Below, piece by piece: positions 1 to 14,093 of a DNA stretch of 64,000 nt (its first letter is position 1; each line of letters begins with the position of its first letter). The DNA is from Azolla caroliniana. Its lineage: Eukaryota; Plantae; Polypodiophyta. The position numbers were made by a program, and so were the translations under genes. Location of the stretch: contig JBHGNT010000108.1 in the NCBI GenBank assembly GCA_043228905.1, forward strand, positions 20,267 through 84,266, in the 5' to 3' direction. The notes below the pieces were generated by a model. That model worked only from the letters and a program-made list of their open reading frames with translations. It was not told the origin of the DNA and ran no database searches.

Positions 1-3000
1 CTCACAACATCTAGAGTTCCTAGCCTCGTCACATCTAGCTCCAAGTTCATCGTCACTCGTAGCCCCATCATCTGTGCTCCGTCCTAGTCCGCGCTTGGTG
101 TGTCTGTGACAGCTTCTACCTCCGCCACCATCTTCACTCATCATTCTAAAAACTGTAATTAAATAAGTCTGCTTCAAAAAAACTTCCACATCAAAGCATC
201 TTGCCATTTTCCATCAAAATCCTCTCCATTTTCAGTACTTTCCTGTATATACACACTCCTCAAACCATCATGAAAATTTGTATTTGCCTCTGTCCCCGTC
301 TTCATTCATCGTTCTAAAAGTTACAATAACTAAATATGCTTCAAAATAATTCCACAGCAAAGCTCTCGCCATTTTCACCAAATTCCATGTTGTCTACACT
401 AAGAACGGTGTTGGTGGCAAAAACAACCAACGAGGTGGAACGTAATTCCACTTAACATCATCACCTGCATCCAACAAAATAGGAATAACTGCCCAAACTC
501 TACGAATTCTTCTTCTTTTCCGGTTAGCTTTATTTCCATAACCCTTATAACTATCATACTCACCTTTACTGTATGTATCACTAATTCCCAAAAGGTCTTA
601 ACCTTATCCACAACATGAATTTGTTCATCATTGTATAGTTTGGAACATCTCGCTTTCTACAAAACCCATAGGGCCAAAGAGAAAACAATTTGCCAAACAT
701 AACACCGTGAGAAGAACTTGATTCCCGGTATGGAGGTTGAAACAGAGTATACCTGAAAACTTTTTACCTGTAAAGTCACTAAAGAATTATGATAATAATA
801 AAAAACCTTTTGTTGATCCAAAGTTCCCTAGAATACTGCACCCCACGTGAAAATGGTTGACCTATACTTACATTTAAACATTTTCTTCCTAAAATCTTTG
901 ATGATTTGCAATCTTGACATGTTCATTAAGTAATTCGTTATAATATTAAGTTGAATTGCAAACATTGATAGAGTGTCATTAAACAATTGTAATATGCCCT
1001 ATTGGCAACAACAACAAAAACATGATAAGAATATTGAGAATGTGATAGAGTCATATAGCCTTTCACCCTACATGTGAATTCTTATTATAAGAGTCTAGTT
1101 CAAGTTTCAAATGATTAAATAAACAAATATCAAGGGAATATTATAAATACCCGTCGTGTATGGTGCGTTATTGATTACCCCACATCGTTTTTTATAATAC
1201 CAAAACACCCAACAAGCAATAGAAAGAAAGAGGAAACTTTTATTATGAACTAAACCTTAGAGTTAAAGAGAAAAATTACTAGTGAAGGGGCAACTAGATC
1301 AATAGAGATTTTAGAAAGACTCAAGGCGACCTAATTAATTTATGTGTGCACTAATATCACTTTAATACCTCAATTATTTTGTCGAAAGTGTAAGCTAAAA
1401 AGAAGAAGAAAGAAGTAAATTGACCCCTAATCCTCTCTTTAGACTTTTACAATGGAGTTGTCCTTGTGAGCGTCTACTTTTAGGTGGTTTATACATTATG
1501 AAATCTTCAATGGCTATCATTTAAAGTATGTAACATTGATTATGGATGGTGGCACATCTTAAAATGTAGTTGGCATTCTACATTGGCATTTGTAGTGAAG
1601 GTTTTTTTCATGTAATGGTAGGCGAGTCATAACACATCTATAAATGTTGAAGAGAGTATAAACGTGGCAATTTTGTTTATTTAACCAAGCTGAAATTTTT
1701 CTCTAGACAAAGGGTTCATGTTACATATTAGCTCCACTCAATTATGGCACCATTGTAGTGTTTTTTACCATTGTATTACCATATGTATGTTTGTGGCGGC
1801 CTAAGAGCAATTGAACTATTATTTGTGGTACAAATCCAAGAGCCATTGAAAAGGATAGGGAAACCCTCTCAAAGTGTTGTAATGCTATATGACTTCTTTT
1901 TCTTCTCTCCAATATGTGCCGATGAACATTGACCAATATGTGTGAGAACCATATGTAAGCCGCCATAGTTGATCAAACCATACACATACATCCAAAGATG
2001 TCCACATCCCCGCATGTGTTCAACAAGTCTTTAATATATAACTACATGTCTGCAAATAGTGCCTCGAGTATATTTCTACTTTGGATTAGGTCAAATTTAT
2101 TTTTAAATATAGGGAGGGACCAATGTGTCATACCAATGAATTGAAGACAAGCTTCGGGAATCATGGGAACGGGTCAACCTCAATCACATTTTGATTGTCA
2201 ATAAACCAAGGCAAAGGGCCTTGAAAAGGGTCTTGGTTATCGATCACTCCTCCTTGAAACAAGCTGAGCTATATTTAATGACAAATTCCAAAATGCTTAT
2301 AGCTTCTAGAACTTCCTAGATAGGGTTAGACCTTTAGAGAATTTGTACATGATTATCTTACTTTAGAGAATTTGAAGCTTAGACCTTGCCAAACCAACAT
2401 AATTAGTAGTTAAGTAAAAAATATCAAGGATTTTTCTTCCTCACCATAACCAAACCATAGATTTGAAATGTGAACTATCCAAATGTTTCCACATTTCCTC
2501 TCCTTTTCCCTTTCATCTCACAAACTCATGGTGTCTTAAAAATAAACACAAATAGTATTGCAAGTGTCACGTATAAGTCTTGAAACCATACCTTACACAT
2601 GAATCACCAAGTGTGAACCATTAGGATAAGCATTTCTATCTTAATTGATCAAATTTGACTATGCTTTCTGCATATCTTTGATCATACCCACATGAGTTTC
2701 TCTCATAATCACAATCTGCACCCTTGAATTGTAACAAAGTCAAGATAATCTTGTTGCATATTATTCGAAATAATTCGTTAATGTATTTCACTTTTTGGTG
2801 CCTATATAAATTTTTATTGTGTAATGTATTATCTAATGTTTCTCATTATTGAGCAAGGATCATATTTGTGATTTTGAGTTCATATCGTAAAGTTACACAA
2901 TTAGGGGAAAGATTTACGAAAAGACCCATACTCAAAACTCAAACCGTCAACAAAAAGAGTTCGTTGTCAGATTCCTAATGGTTCTTTGAAAATACAAATC

Positions 3001-3475
3001 CAATCTCCAAGTGAGAAGTTAGAGTCTTCTCCTCCTCCAATCTCCAGTTCGGGAATAAAATAATACAATGAGTGTTTAGGCCTAATGTACAATGTCATAA
3101 ATGTAATCGTGTTAGGCAAGATTTGAACCTAAGTTACACGGTACACCAATAAAGTTAAAAAACATTATATTTACGAATAAGGTAACTATTATTGAGTGTT
3201 ACATTGTAATAAAGTTTACATATACATAATTAAAAACCACTAAGAGAAACCCTCTAGATACTAAACTAAATATTGATGTGTAATCTAAAGTCTCCAACAC
3301 AACAATTCGAATCCACAACCCATCCTCTCTAGTTGTAGTACCCGGTGGTTTTGGTCACGTTTCTTCACATGCATGCACGTAACTTCACGACAACATTTCT
3401 CTCTCAATGCCAAAGTCTCTCTCAATTGCAATGTTTATCATTATAATTCTTGAACATCAAGATTCACTACTCAAA

Positions 3476-3592
3476 TCATGTAATGCAAGGTTCGAAAAGG
3501 ATAAGAAGCCCCTTCACAGGGAAGGGCAGAGGATTCATTGATATGACTTTGTTGGGATCCTCGAGGGTTCATGAGAAATGGGTGACCAAGTG
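3476..3592 (-). pseudogene. P450 last-exon fragment (CYP716-like)
   Basis: Aligns by eye to the 3' end of exon 3 of the intact copy (e.g. gttgggatcctcgaggg..gagaaatgggtgaccaag, and the stop tca), with nothing upstream. Confidence 0.8.
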
Positions 3593-4522
3593 ATTTTAGT
3601 AAAAGCCCTCTTAAAACCTATAAAAGGGAAAGGAGAGCTCATTGTTGGGGGGGATTTTGGAACAAGGCGGACGTGATGCCAATATCTCGAACGAGCTTGG
3701 AGTAGTAAATCAAGAAGGCATTGTCACGAGAATGCGCGTGTGTATGCTACTTGAACGGGACCATGAGTGTCTTGGACTAGGGAGGTCACGAGGATTAAGA
3801 AGGCACGAAGGATAGGTCTTGGGCTCAAAGTCGAAGGGAGGCAAGAGTCGAAGGGTCTTTAGACACGAACGGAGCAACAACTTGAATGATGATTAACATG
3901 CAATTAGAATTGAATACGTGATTAAAGGAATGTACACAAGATTAATACGAAAATGCGTTGGCAAAAATACTTCACAATCTAGTGTTGATTTTATCATGGA
4001 AGCATAAGAGACATTTATATGATATATCCATGGAATTTGCTTCCCACATCCTAAAGTCTAAGAATATATTCCCTCTATCCAAAGCCTATCTAAGAACGTA
4101 ATATTCGCATTCATTTGTTCAAACATTCGTTTTCATACGTTTTCAAACGAATGCATACATATGTTATGCAAACATAAGTATGTATTTTTTTGAAGTTTTT
4201 ATGTTTTTTTCTCACACTTGTTTACCTTAAAAAACATTTTAACTTATAGTAAATAATGAATACAAAAGTATAGTATTTACCGTACTTCGAGGGTCTTTAC
4301 CATACTCAAATGATCGAAACATACTGGGCACGTATGGTATATACTATGAAATTTCCATAACCCCCACTTATTTTGCAAATAAACTAAAATTGAATAAAAC
4401 CAATGGATTGTTTTCTCTATCTATGCAAATACATGTCGAGATAACATGTTCCCCAGGTCTAAACCCCCTGAAGCTACTTTGATTGTTGCGATTTTCGAAC
4501 GATAGCGTAGTGGTGAATCGAA

Positions 4523-6218
4523 TCATGGAATGCGTGGTTTCAACAAGACAGGAAGCCCCTTGAGAGGGAAGGGTGTGGGGTCGATTGATACGAGTTCGTT
4601 GGGATCCTCGAGGGTCCACGAGAACCGGGTGACCAAGCGATGGAGGATCGCCAGAATCTCCATGCGTGCGAACTCGTTGCCCGGACACATCCTCGGGCCG
4701 CCACCGAATGGGACGAATGTATATGGGGTCGGGCCCGCTCCTTCGAAGCGTGACGGATCGAACTTCTCGGGCGCCCGGAAATACTTGGGGTTGCGATGGG
4801 TGGAGTACACGGACCAGAATATCTGTGTGCAGAGAAAAATAACAAACAATGCATGAGTGATGGATTAGTCTAGCTTCTATGCTGGAAGTTTGTCATTGAT
4901 TCTATGCCATTCTCTCTCTCTCACCTTCCATGATTTGGGGATTCTGAAGCCATCGAAGCTCATGTCTTCCTCCTGTGCCACTCTGAATGACCCCTGCACT
5001 GCTGGCACCAGCCTCATCGATTCCTGTACTACTCTCCATGAAAGCTTCATCTTCTGTAAATCTCCCCAATTCAAGAGCTCACCGGGGGCCTTGCTCGCTG
5101 CGATCTCCTTGTTCTCTGAACAATCACCACAACAAGAAAACACATACAAAAATCATTATTAAAGACTCTTCTTATGTGCGCTGTGATCAAGAATTGAGAA
5201 TGATTGGGGCGGTGAAGGCCAACAAACAAAACCTACCTCTGTAAACTTCATCCATAATGTGGGGATTAGATGCAAGATATTTGCAGGTCATTGTGGTTAC
5301 AGAACTACTGGTATCATGGCCTGCAAAGAGCAACGTGAGGATGTTGTCCTTGATGGCCTTATCGGAAAATGGTTCTCCGTGCCTGTCCGTATACGCCAGA
5401 AAGCCGGACAGGATGTCTTCATGTCCAGTGACCAAGCCAGCATCCATATCCCTCCTTCTCTCCTCGATCCATACCTGCAACTGCTTTCGTATCGCATCCG
5501 AAGCTGCGTGTGCTTTACTATATGCTGTTCCTGGGATGTTGATAGGCAGCTGAACGAGGCCTTTCACCATGGTGTTGAAGAGACCATGGAGCATACCTTG
5601 ATCTTCTCTGTCCCCTCTACCAATGAAAACCTCGCAAGCTATGGAGAACATGAGCTTCTTCATAAGTGGGAAGAGAGCAACCTTAGGTTTTCCTTCAAGG
5701 TGCTCTCTTATGAATGCGAGCGCAATGAGATCGACACGGCTCGTGTATCTTTGCAAGGATTCGGGCCGCAAGAACTACATGAGCGCATTCCATATGCGAG
5801 TGGCACGATGTCCGACACACCCCATGATGGATTCATTGCCAAGAACAGAGACAACAGTAATGGGCCACACGGAGTAGCTGTTGGAGAAGGCTGCCTTGTT
5901 ACCCGACGGGCTTGCGAGGATTATTGTCGGAGAAGCGAATAAGCTCGTCTTGAAGGTCTCTCCATAGGCTGAGATGCGGTCATCTATGAATTTCCACGGG
6001 ATCCCTTTCTTTAGATCTCGGATACATTCTAGTGTTTCACCGACAAAGGGAAAGCCGAAACGACCCGGAGGCAAGGGAAGTTTCTTCTCTTTCTGGATCT
6101 TATTTTTCGTGCTTGAAGGTCTCCATAGCTTCTGTACAACTGCTATGAGTAGTAGAGACACAGTAATCCCAACAATGAGCTCTACAGGGATGGCGGAAGT
6201 GAAGCTCACCATAGCCAT
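4523..6218 (-). pseudogene. Cytochrome P450 copy 1 (CYP85 clan, CYP716-like), full length, one premature stop
   Basis: Exons 6218-5237, 5115-4925, 4822-4523 with GT-AG introns. Motifs: PPG hinge, I-helix AGHDT, ESMR, PSRF, heme [13 protein letters not shown] at 5777-5775 where the intact copy has CAG (Gln). Confidence 0.88.
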
Positions 6219-7162
6219 GCTTCGCCAATGCTAGAGGTACTTGGCTTCTTCTTTTTCTCTCCAATAGACACACACCCATAGATATATATATATATACATA
6301 TATATGAGCGTTGACAAATGAGAATCATATGTATATCCAAAAATTTAAGTCTTCTCATCATCTCCTTCTTCATCACCATAGGTGATCAAACCATACAAAC
6401 TCGTGCATCTAAAGATGTCCACATCCCCAACATGCGTTCAACAAGTCTTTATATTGTGACGTACACGTTTAGAACCAAATTCTGATGACTCTTCTCTTCC
6501 ATTAGCAATTAGGTTTATTTACATTGTTCACTTACATGATTGGTTCGACCCTTAACTAGCCCCATTTGTTTCTTCTTGATGTGCATTGGTTCCACTTGGG
6601 ACCGAGCAATCTTGTCTAGGTCTTAACACGTGACACCTCCCCCCTTTTAGAAAATGAAAACTAGGGTTTTAGGTGTTTCACAATATTAGATAACCCAAAT
6701 TTAAAATGTGTCTTAACTTTGGATAATTGTTAAGACACTTAGAAATTTAATAAGAAAAGGTTAGATTTTTTATTGTTCCCTTTCTAAAATGAAAATCACC
6801 GCAGTGCTTATTCCTTTTGTGTTGTGATTGCGTGGTTCCCCGGATCTCCTACAATCCGTTGACTTTGCTGCTTTACTGCTTGTGTTCGATGGAGGGACCT
6901 ATGCGATTGATTCAGGAATCTTTTTTATTCGTGAAATGTGTGCAACAGTCTCGGATGTTGTATCCATTCGTCGTAGCCGATAGGTGTTAACCCCGATGTT
7001 GTGCGTCACTTAATATGGACCAAGCCATCAATGCATAAAAGACTTGCAGAGTCCTTCGCGGCGGATAGGGTAATAAAAACTAACCTGGTCCCCAATGTCA
7101 AACTCACTAGGCTAATGTGTGATGTCGAAATGCTTCTTCTGACGTTGTTGTGCCTTACTAAG

Positions 7163-9498
7163 TGTTGAGAATCAAGCTCAACCTAGTCTAGTGTGTGAAC
7201 ACACTTTTTAGAATCTATGAGCACTCAAAGGTCAAAATTCACACCACTACTCTCTACACATTAACTATGTGTCATAGAATCATATTCCCCGCATAACTAA
7301 TGAGTTCCATATTCCCCATGACCAATGTTGCCTTTTGACGACCGTTTTTGGCAAATTTAACCGTATATGAAGGTTAATTTAAAAATGAAACTGTCAATCT
7401 TGACGGGCATATATTTTATAAAAACGTACAAATGAAGGTTTAAATTTTGTTAATACTATCAAATTTTGCTAAGACCAAAACAATTGTACATGTATTAGTA
7501 GTTACAAATTACAATTCATAGGCTATAGCATATAGTATAGGCTATCTCTACATACCAAGAATTATGTGATTTGGGTGTGCTACTAGAGGTGCCTAATATG
7601 CCTACGCAACATGATTATATATCTTATACTAGTAGATATGGAGGATATGAATTTTTGGTTACCTTTGGGAAATATCTTCTAGAAATTCAAAGCTCAAACC
7701 AAATAAATTCCCCACATACTCTTTGATGCTAGATGAAAGTACTGACAATGGATTAGAGTTGCACCTCATTGTGTATATTACATACTTGCAATGTGGTGGT
7801 TGTGGGCCTAAGGAAATTGAATATATGGGTTTGTTGAAAATTCCCAATGGTAAAGGCAGAACTATATATGAACATATATTAAACATATTAAGCATGGGCT
7901 AACAATAGTACCAAACACATGAAATTTTAGAGCTCTTGGAGCAAATGCAATTGGATGCTCATAGACCCTTACAAATTCATAATATTCGTTGGTTGTCATG
8001 TGGTTAAGTCATGGAAAGACTAGTGAGTATAATACTTGCAATACTTACTATTTGGAAGAAAGAGAACTTAAAAGAGTGGTATAATAAAGCTTGTATCTAT
8101 AGTGTACAATTTTGCTTTTGTATGATGGCTGATGTGTTGCATTTGATGAATATTTTGAGCTTGAAACTTCAAAAAGAGAATTTGGATGTAACTTCAATTG
8201 GAGCAGAAATTGATATTACTATTTCTAATTTGCGGAGGTCTTTCTTGAGAAATGACACATTTGCGGATGGAGCAATGTATTTATCCAAATTCTTAAGATG
8301 TTCTACAGTTGGGTTTTTGATAATAGAGGATAAAGATGGCATTACATATAGACATGAACTATACTTCAAACAAATTCCCATGGATAAAGCAAGTCACAAT
8401 GATAAGAATCTCAATATTGAAAAATCTAAGGGAATGGCGCCATTTATAGATGGATCACTTGAAAGTTGTATTAAACTATCTCAAAATTATGTGCAAAAGA
8501 TTATTCATGGACTAAATAAATGCAAGGTTCCCTGATTTAAGCTTAAGCCTCTTCAATGCAACAAAATTATTCAGCCCATGCCATTATGCAGAGGATGATG
8601 TGATTAGGGATAGTAAAGCAAAGACATGGTTGGGAATTTTGATTTCTCACTTACAACCAAATGTTGATGTCAATGCATGCCTTTAAATTTTACATGATGC
8701 AAAGGCTTGTGAAATGGAACTCTATATGTTTGTTGACACTTTACATTTAAATTGTGAAGGCTATACTATGCGTGAAGCTTGGCGTATGTTTTGCAAAATG
8801 AAGGATTGGCAAGATAGTTTCGCTCATTTAATGAAATTATGGCACGCTACTTTGGTTATTCCATCTAGCACACTTTCGTGTGAGAGAGGGTTCTCTAAGC
8901 AAACTCTCGTTAAAGAGATGAAAAGAAATCGATTGAATATATATAGAACATTTAGATGATTTAATGTGAGTCTTATTGAATGGGCAACACATTGAAGAAA
9001 TACAATGAGATCGTGTATATGAAATTTGGAAAGATGCAAAGGATAGAAGGGTATAATATATTGTTTATTATCAATATTCGATGTATTTACTTTTTTAATA
9101 GCAATTTTTTTGACAAACCATCATTTGACGGGCAAAAAATTTGGAATACTGTTCTCATGACATGCAATGTTAGCCGTCAAAAGGCAAAACTACCCATGAC
9201 TAATGAGTCTCCACATTCCCCAAGAGAGAGTGGTTGTTGTAGTGAGTTAATGAAGAGAGAGGGTAACCTTATATAAAGCACCCTCCTCCAACTTCATAGA
9301 GTGCCGGTTGTGACTCCTTGTAATGCCACATTTTTGTATCTCATATTCTCCTTTTGAATATACACCTTCTTCCTGAGTACTTCATTTTTCTCTCTTATCT
9401 ATCTATCTTGTGTTTTCTCTTCTCTCCTCTCTTTTTCTCACACATACACATAACACACATCTTTTCCGTTGCACAAGAATTATATCTGATTCTTTACA
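7163..9498. mobile_element. Copia-type solo LTR (~460 bp net of the hAT insert)
   Basis: TGTTGAGAATCAAGCTCAAC...TTTACA with 5-bp TSD CTAAG (7158-7162 / 9499-9503). The 5' end resembles the LTR start at 45792. Confidence 0.8.
7323..9192 (+). mobile_element. hAT DNA transposon, internally deleted (ZNF862-like transposase remnants)
   Basis: TIR core TTGCCTTTTGACG and 8-bp TSD CCCATGAC (7315-7322 / 9193-9200). Motifs LMLDESTD, IRWLS and PSSTLSCERGFS in broken frames. Confidence 0.88.
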
Positions 9499-10530
9499 CT
9501 AAGGTTGTATTGAATTGCCCGTTAGAGGAGAGGAATGTTGGATTGTAAGTATAACTACCATGATATTGCATTAGTGTGATTAATGTGTATTTTGATGGAC
9601 TATGGGTCTGGCAGAAGTTGCGGATCCCTATAATATAATGTTCGAAATAGACTCACCCTGGTTTATTCCTGAACCAAGGTGTTGTAAGCATGTACCGTGA
9701 ATGAGAGTACCTGATCCCATGATTGGTGAAGCAGATCGATGTAAGCTGGTATCACTTGTTTCATAGTTTTGTTCATCCTTTCTGTGAGCCCATTAGTTTG
9801 GGGATGGTACGATGAGGTGAATAATTGTTTGATCCCTAAACTTCGTGCAATTATTTTGATAACTTCACTTTGAAATTAAGATCCCTAATTCGAAAGGAGT
9901 TGTTGTGGACACCCGTGGGAGAAAATGACGTGTTGCAATAGTGCACTTGCTACTGTACTTGTCGTTGAATCAAGTAAAGTGATAGCCTCAGACCAATGCA
10001 TCAAGTACGCCGTGATCACTAATATGTATTTGTTGCCATGGATTGAAACTGGGAATAGACCCATGAGGTTCCAATAGAACATCTCAAAGGGTTCCTTCGT
10101 GTCAATAATTTGCCCAGGGATTGCGGGATTTTCACAGCCTGGCACGTGGGGCATGATTGGAGGAACGCCGATATTGATTGTCACAACTTTGGCCAATAGT
10201 ACATGGAACATATCCAATGGAGAAGTTTATGGAAACTGAAATGGCCAGATAGTTTATGACTATGATAGAAATCGAGGTATGTCGTTCGCAATGTTGCAGG
10301 GACATACAACCATGGTGGAAGTCCTTGACTTACATAATATCTGAGAACATTGTCAATCATGATCAAATATATATATGTCGATGAACAGTGACCAATGAGA
10401 AGCATATGTATATCCAAAAATGTAAGCCACCTCTTCTTCTCCTTCTTCTTCACCGTAGTCGATCAAACTATGTACACACGCATCCAAAGATGTCCACATC
10501 CCCGCACGTGTTCAACAAGTCTTTATTATC

Positions 10531-10801
<271 letters not shown>

Positions 10802-11337
10802 ATCCAAAGATGTCACCCAATTAGTGGGCTCTTAGCATTGATATGAGAGACATTCATAGAGAAACAATTTGTATTCTTTTGTGATATACGTTATTAATTT
10901 ATATGTATTATGAAGAAGAATGGTGGATATGAGGCTTGTGGCCATTTTTCCAATGTCTCATTTAGTGTGAAGAAATTTTAATGCATTGTTTCTCTTGTAA
11001 AACAAAAGAAAAAAAGAATATTTATGGTAAGGTTTTAATTCGGCCAAGCTTCCATTGAAGGGATTTGTTATTCTGGTTCTAATATTTGTGTGAGGTTAAT
11101 TTACTAAAATGTTGAAGCAAAAGGGCGTTGAATGGGATCATGTAACCGTTGTGAGAAAACCTAATATGGGTATGCATGCCATTCAATGTAGAATTTTCCA
11201 CCATGTATTTGTTGGTGGCCTCTTCTGAATTAAGTTTGGAGTGCATGCTCGGAATGTTTCCCACCACTTAATTGCATTATGCATTCTAGTTGGATCATTT
11301 GCAATGGTGACTACAACATTCTAGTTGGATCGTCTTT

Positions 11338-11589
11338 GTGCTTTCTCAAGGTTCATGTGCATCTTCTTATGAAAGAAATTGGAGCACATTCTCATTGATA
11401 CATACAAAAAGAAGAAATAGATTGACTCATGCTCATGTTGAGAAATTGGTTTATACACATAGAAATCATTGTCTCATTAGAAGAATAAGCGAAAGGGGAT
11501 TATGCCACATTAACGTAACATTAGATATGATCAACAAAGAAGATGCTGATGAGAGGCTTTTGAGAATGCAAAACCAAGCTATTGATTAA
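11338..11589 (+). mobile_element. hAT transposase C-terminal dimerisation-domain fragment
   Basis: SQGSCASSYERNWSTFSLIHTKRRNRL..VEKLVY motif. Element ends were not resolved. Confidence 0.75.
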
Positions 11590-11916
11590 AATGATGAAGT
11601 TCATGAGGATATTATTGATGAGCTTAAAGATATGGAGAATGGATATGATTGTGCATAGACTCTTAAATTTAGAAGTGTTACTTAGAAGCTGGAAATTAGA
11701 AATTAGAATATAATGGTTCACAAACGCTTTTCTTAGTGAATTAATTAATTTTTATTATGTAAATTTATTTTCTTAATAGAATTGTTTTATAATATTCTTG
11801 GGGCCATTTCCTATTCTCAAATATTGCAAATATCACGCTTGGCGAATATCACACATGTGCCAATCTATGTTTGCACCAATAAAGTTAAAAACATTATATT
11901 TACGAATTAGATGACT

Positions 11917-14093
11917 ATTTTTTTATTTTTTTTTCCCAAAAAAAATACTTCTTCCATTAGTTATAAACTTATACAAATGAGATGATTATGTACAAATCCT
12001 TGTAGGGACGCGATAGTTCCATCTTATGTGGATGCCCACTAACTCAAGAAAGGGAAAGGACAACCATTGCTGGATGAAGGCTATTCATGGTCTTTCAACT
12101 CCATCGAAACTACCCTCGAGGCCATCATATTGGCTCTTTAGAGTGGCCACAATTTCACTCCATATCTCTTGCAATAACATTGTTGGATGTGCGGTTTGGT
12201 TGGAGAAGACCCGTCTACACTGTTGTTTCCTTAGAATCCAAAGAGTTATTGGGTTGACCAATTCCAACACAACTTGAGATTTGTCATTAAGAGGAGTTCA
12301 GTGGACATTACCGATGGTGGAGAAAAAAACCTCTTGTGCTTTTATCACCAAAGTCATCCCCTCCTCTTGATGCTCGTATCTGCCAACTGGGGTCTGCCAT
12401 GATAGCCAACATATATTTCCCCACTTGATTGAGCCTTGCACTTGGCATAATTGCAACAAGCGGCCAACCCCCCGCCATATTCGATGGGACGTTGGGCAAT
12501 CCCACATAGTGTGTCGTATTGATTCTACTCCATTTGGACACTCTACACAATTAGGAGAGCTAAGGTTCCCATGTTGCCATGCTCCCACCGGTAGTGACTT
12601 ATGTATTAATAGCCATTGGAACGTGGTAATTCGCCTCGCGTGTTGTTGTTTCCAGATTTTCTGCCAAAACATGGTGATAATTGTGTGAGGAACTTGATAT
12701 GTGTGCCAGACCTTTGCAGCAGTCGGCTCTCGGGCAGTTTGAGCAGCTAGGATGTGGCGGCCCAATCTAGTTGTGAATTGGAAGAACGGGATGGGTTGGC
12801 TTCCTTGCTCCGCGTAAGGATCACACCATGTTCATTGCAAAGGTTCCCAACTGACCCTACGTAGCCATGTGTTTTCATGAGTACATATGTGCCAATCGGG
12901 TTGTACTTTGATCGGATCAGGATCTACAATCCATTTATGACCAGTATACGTGAGTACTCGAATTGCGTTATTCTGTGTTGGTGGCTTAGTGTCTCGCAAT
13001 TTAGAGCCTTCGATCCTGTCTGGTGATCCCCTACCTCTCGGGATCAAAGATCCCTCCTCCTCGTAGCCTATCCATTTCTCCATTGTCGTCCTATGAGTAG
13101 CGGCTTCCCTAATCAATAGAGCATTATTGATTACCGATCTCATAGCCCATCCGCCCTTGATGCCCTGGAGTATGTTGGCTTGATCTTGTAGTGGCAGTGA
13201 CATAAAATGTCTCCAACATTCTATACTTTTTCCCGGACCTTCTACAATGTATCCCCATGACAACCCCTCACTTGATCCAAGTAGTTGATTAGATTCATCC
13301 TTGATACATGGGTTCCATAGGATACGTTGACTAAGCCAGGCAGATTCAGAACTTGGTTTATCGCACTTGAGCCCTTGTCTAATGTCACACCATGCCTTCC
13401 ACATGGATGCATTGAATCTATCCTCCAATTGGCGGGAGAAACTAGGTTTGAGATCCATGTTTAGAATCCATCCCGTTTGGGGGGCCCAACTAACCCCTTT
13501 TTGTGGCCTAAAGTAAGTGAAACGTAACCGTACTAGCATTTTATAACAGTCATTTCCTTATTGGAGTCCTTGCACCACAAATTTGGCAAGTAAGGCTTTT
13601 GATTGTGACAGGGGATCAATTAGACCCAATCCCCATCTCGACTTAGGTGCTGTGAGTATAGGCCATGCCACCTTGGTGCGAGTTACATGATCTTCCTTAA
13701 CAGACCAAATTAGTTGCATACCAGTCGTTGAATTTGATGTATACTGTCCTTGGAGATTGTCCAACATGATAGACTATACCATGTTGTTGCGAGTAGTACC
13801 TAGTTTGCCACTATGATGTGACCCACTAACGACAGTTTTTTCAAACTCCAATGTATCAACTTTTGTCGAATGGAATGGATAATGGGTGCAATCATAGTCT
13901 TCGGCGGTATGTTGAAACCAATTTGGAAACCCAAATATTTGGTGCTCGCTCCTAGATTGATCCATTTGAAAGCAGGATGTGGGTGCCATGCAGGATGTGC
14001 TTCATGAGAAAGCCATATTGCACAGGATTTGTGCCAATTGATCATGGCATTGGATCTCTTGCAAAATATGGCTAACCCACTTTCGAGCTTTTG
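11917..14093 (-). mobile_element. 5'-truncated L1-clade LINE (ORF2 3' part, zf-RVT) with poly(A) tail
   Basis: INWHKS..KYLG, PKSRWGLG, FWQKIWK..FQWLLIH..CVEC..ESIRHTMWDCP. T-run at 11917-11934. The flanks match the uninterrupted paralogous sequence at 3144-3270. Confidence 0.85.

Larger units (their letters stand above)
6455..10365 (-). mobile_element. Degenerate Ty3/gypsy remnant (integrase plus 181-bp 3' LTR), interrupted by nested elements
   Basis: LTR TG..CA at 6455-6635 abutting a PPT (cctccccccttttag, 6636-6650). Integrase fragments GHFSFHKLLHW..YYWPKL, EPFEMFYWNLMG..GNKYILVI (9885-10360) and KAQQRQKKHFD (~7155-7125). Confidence 0.75.

Noticed and set aside
3593-3950. LTR fragment after the P450 3' remnant
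   Set aside because: It has an LTR-like TATA and purine tract, but no termini or TSD could be defined.
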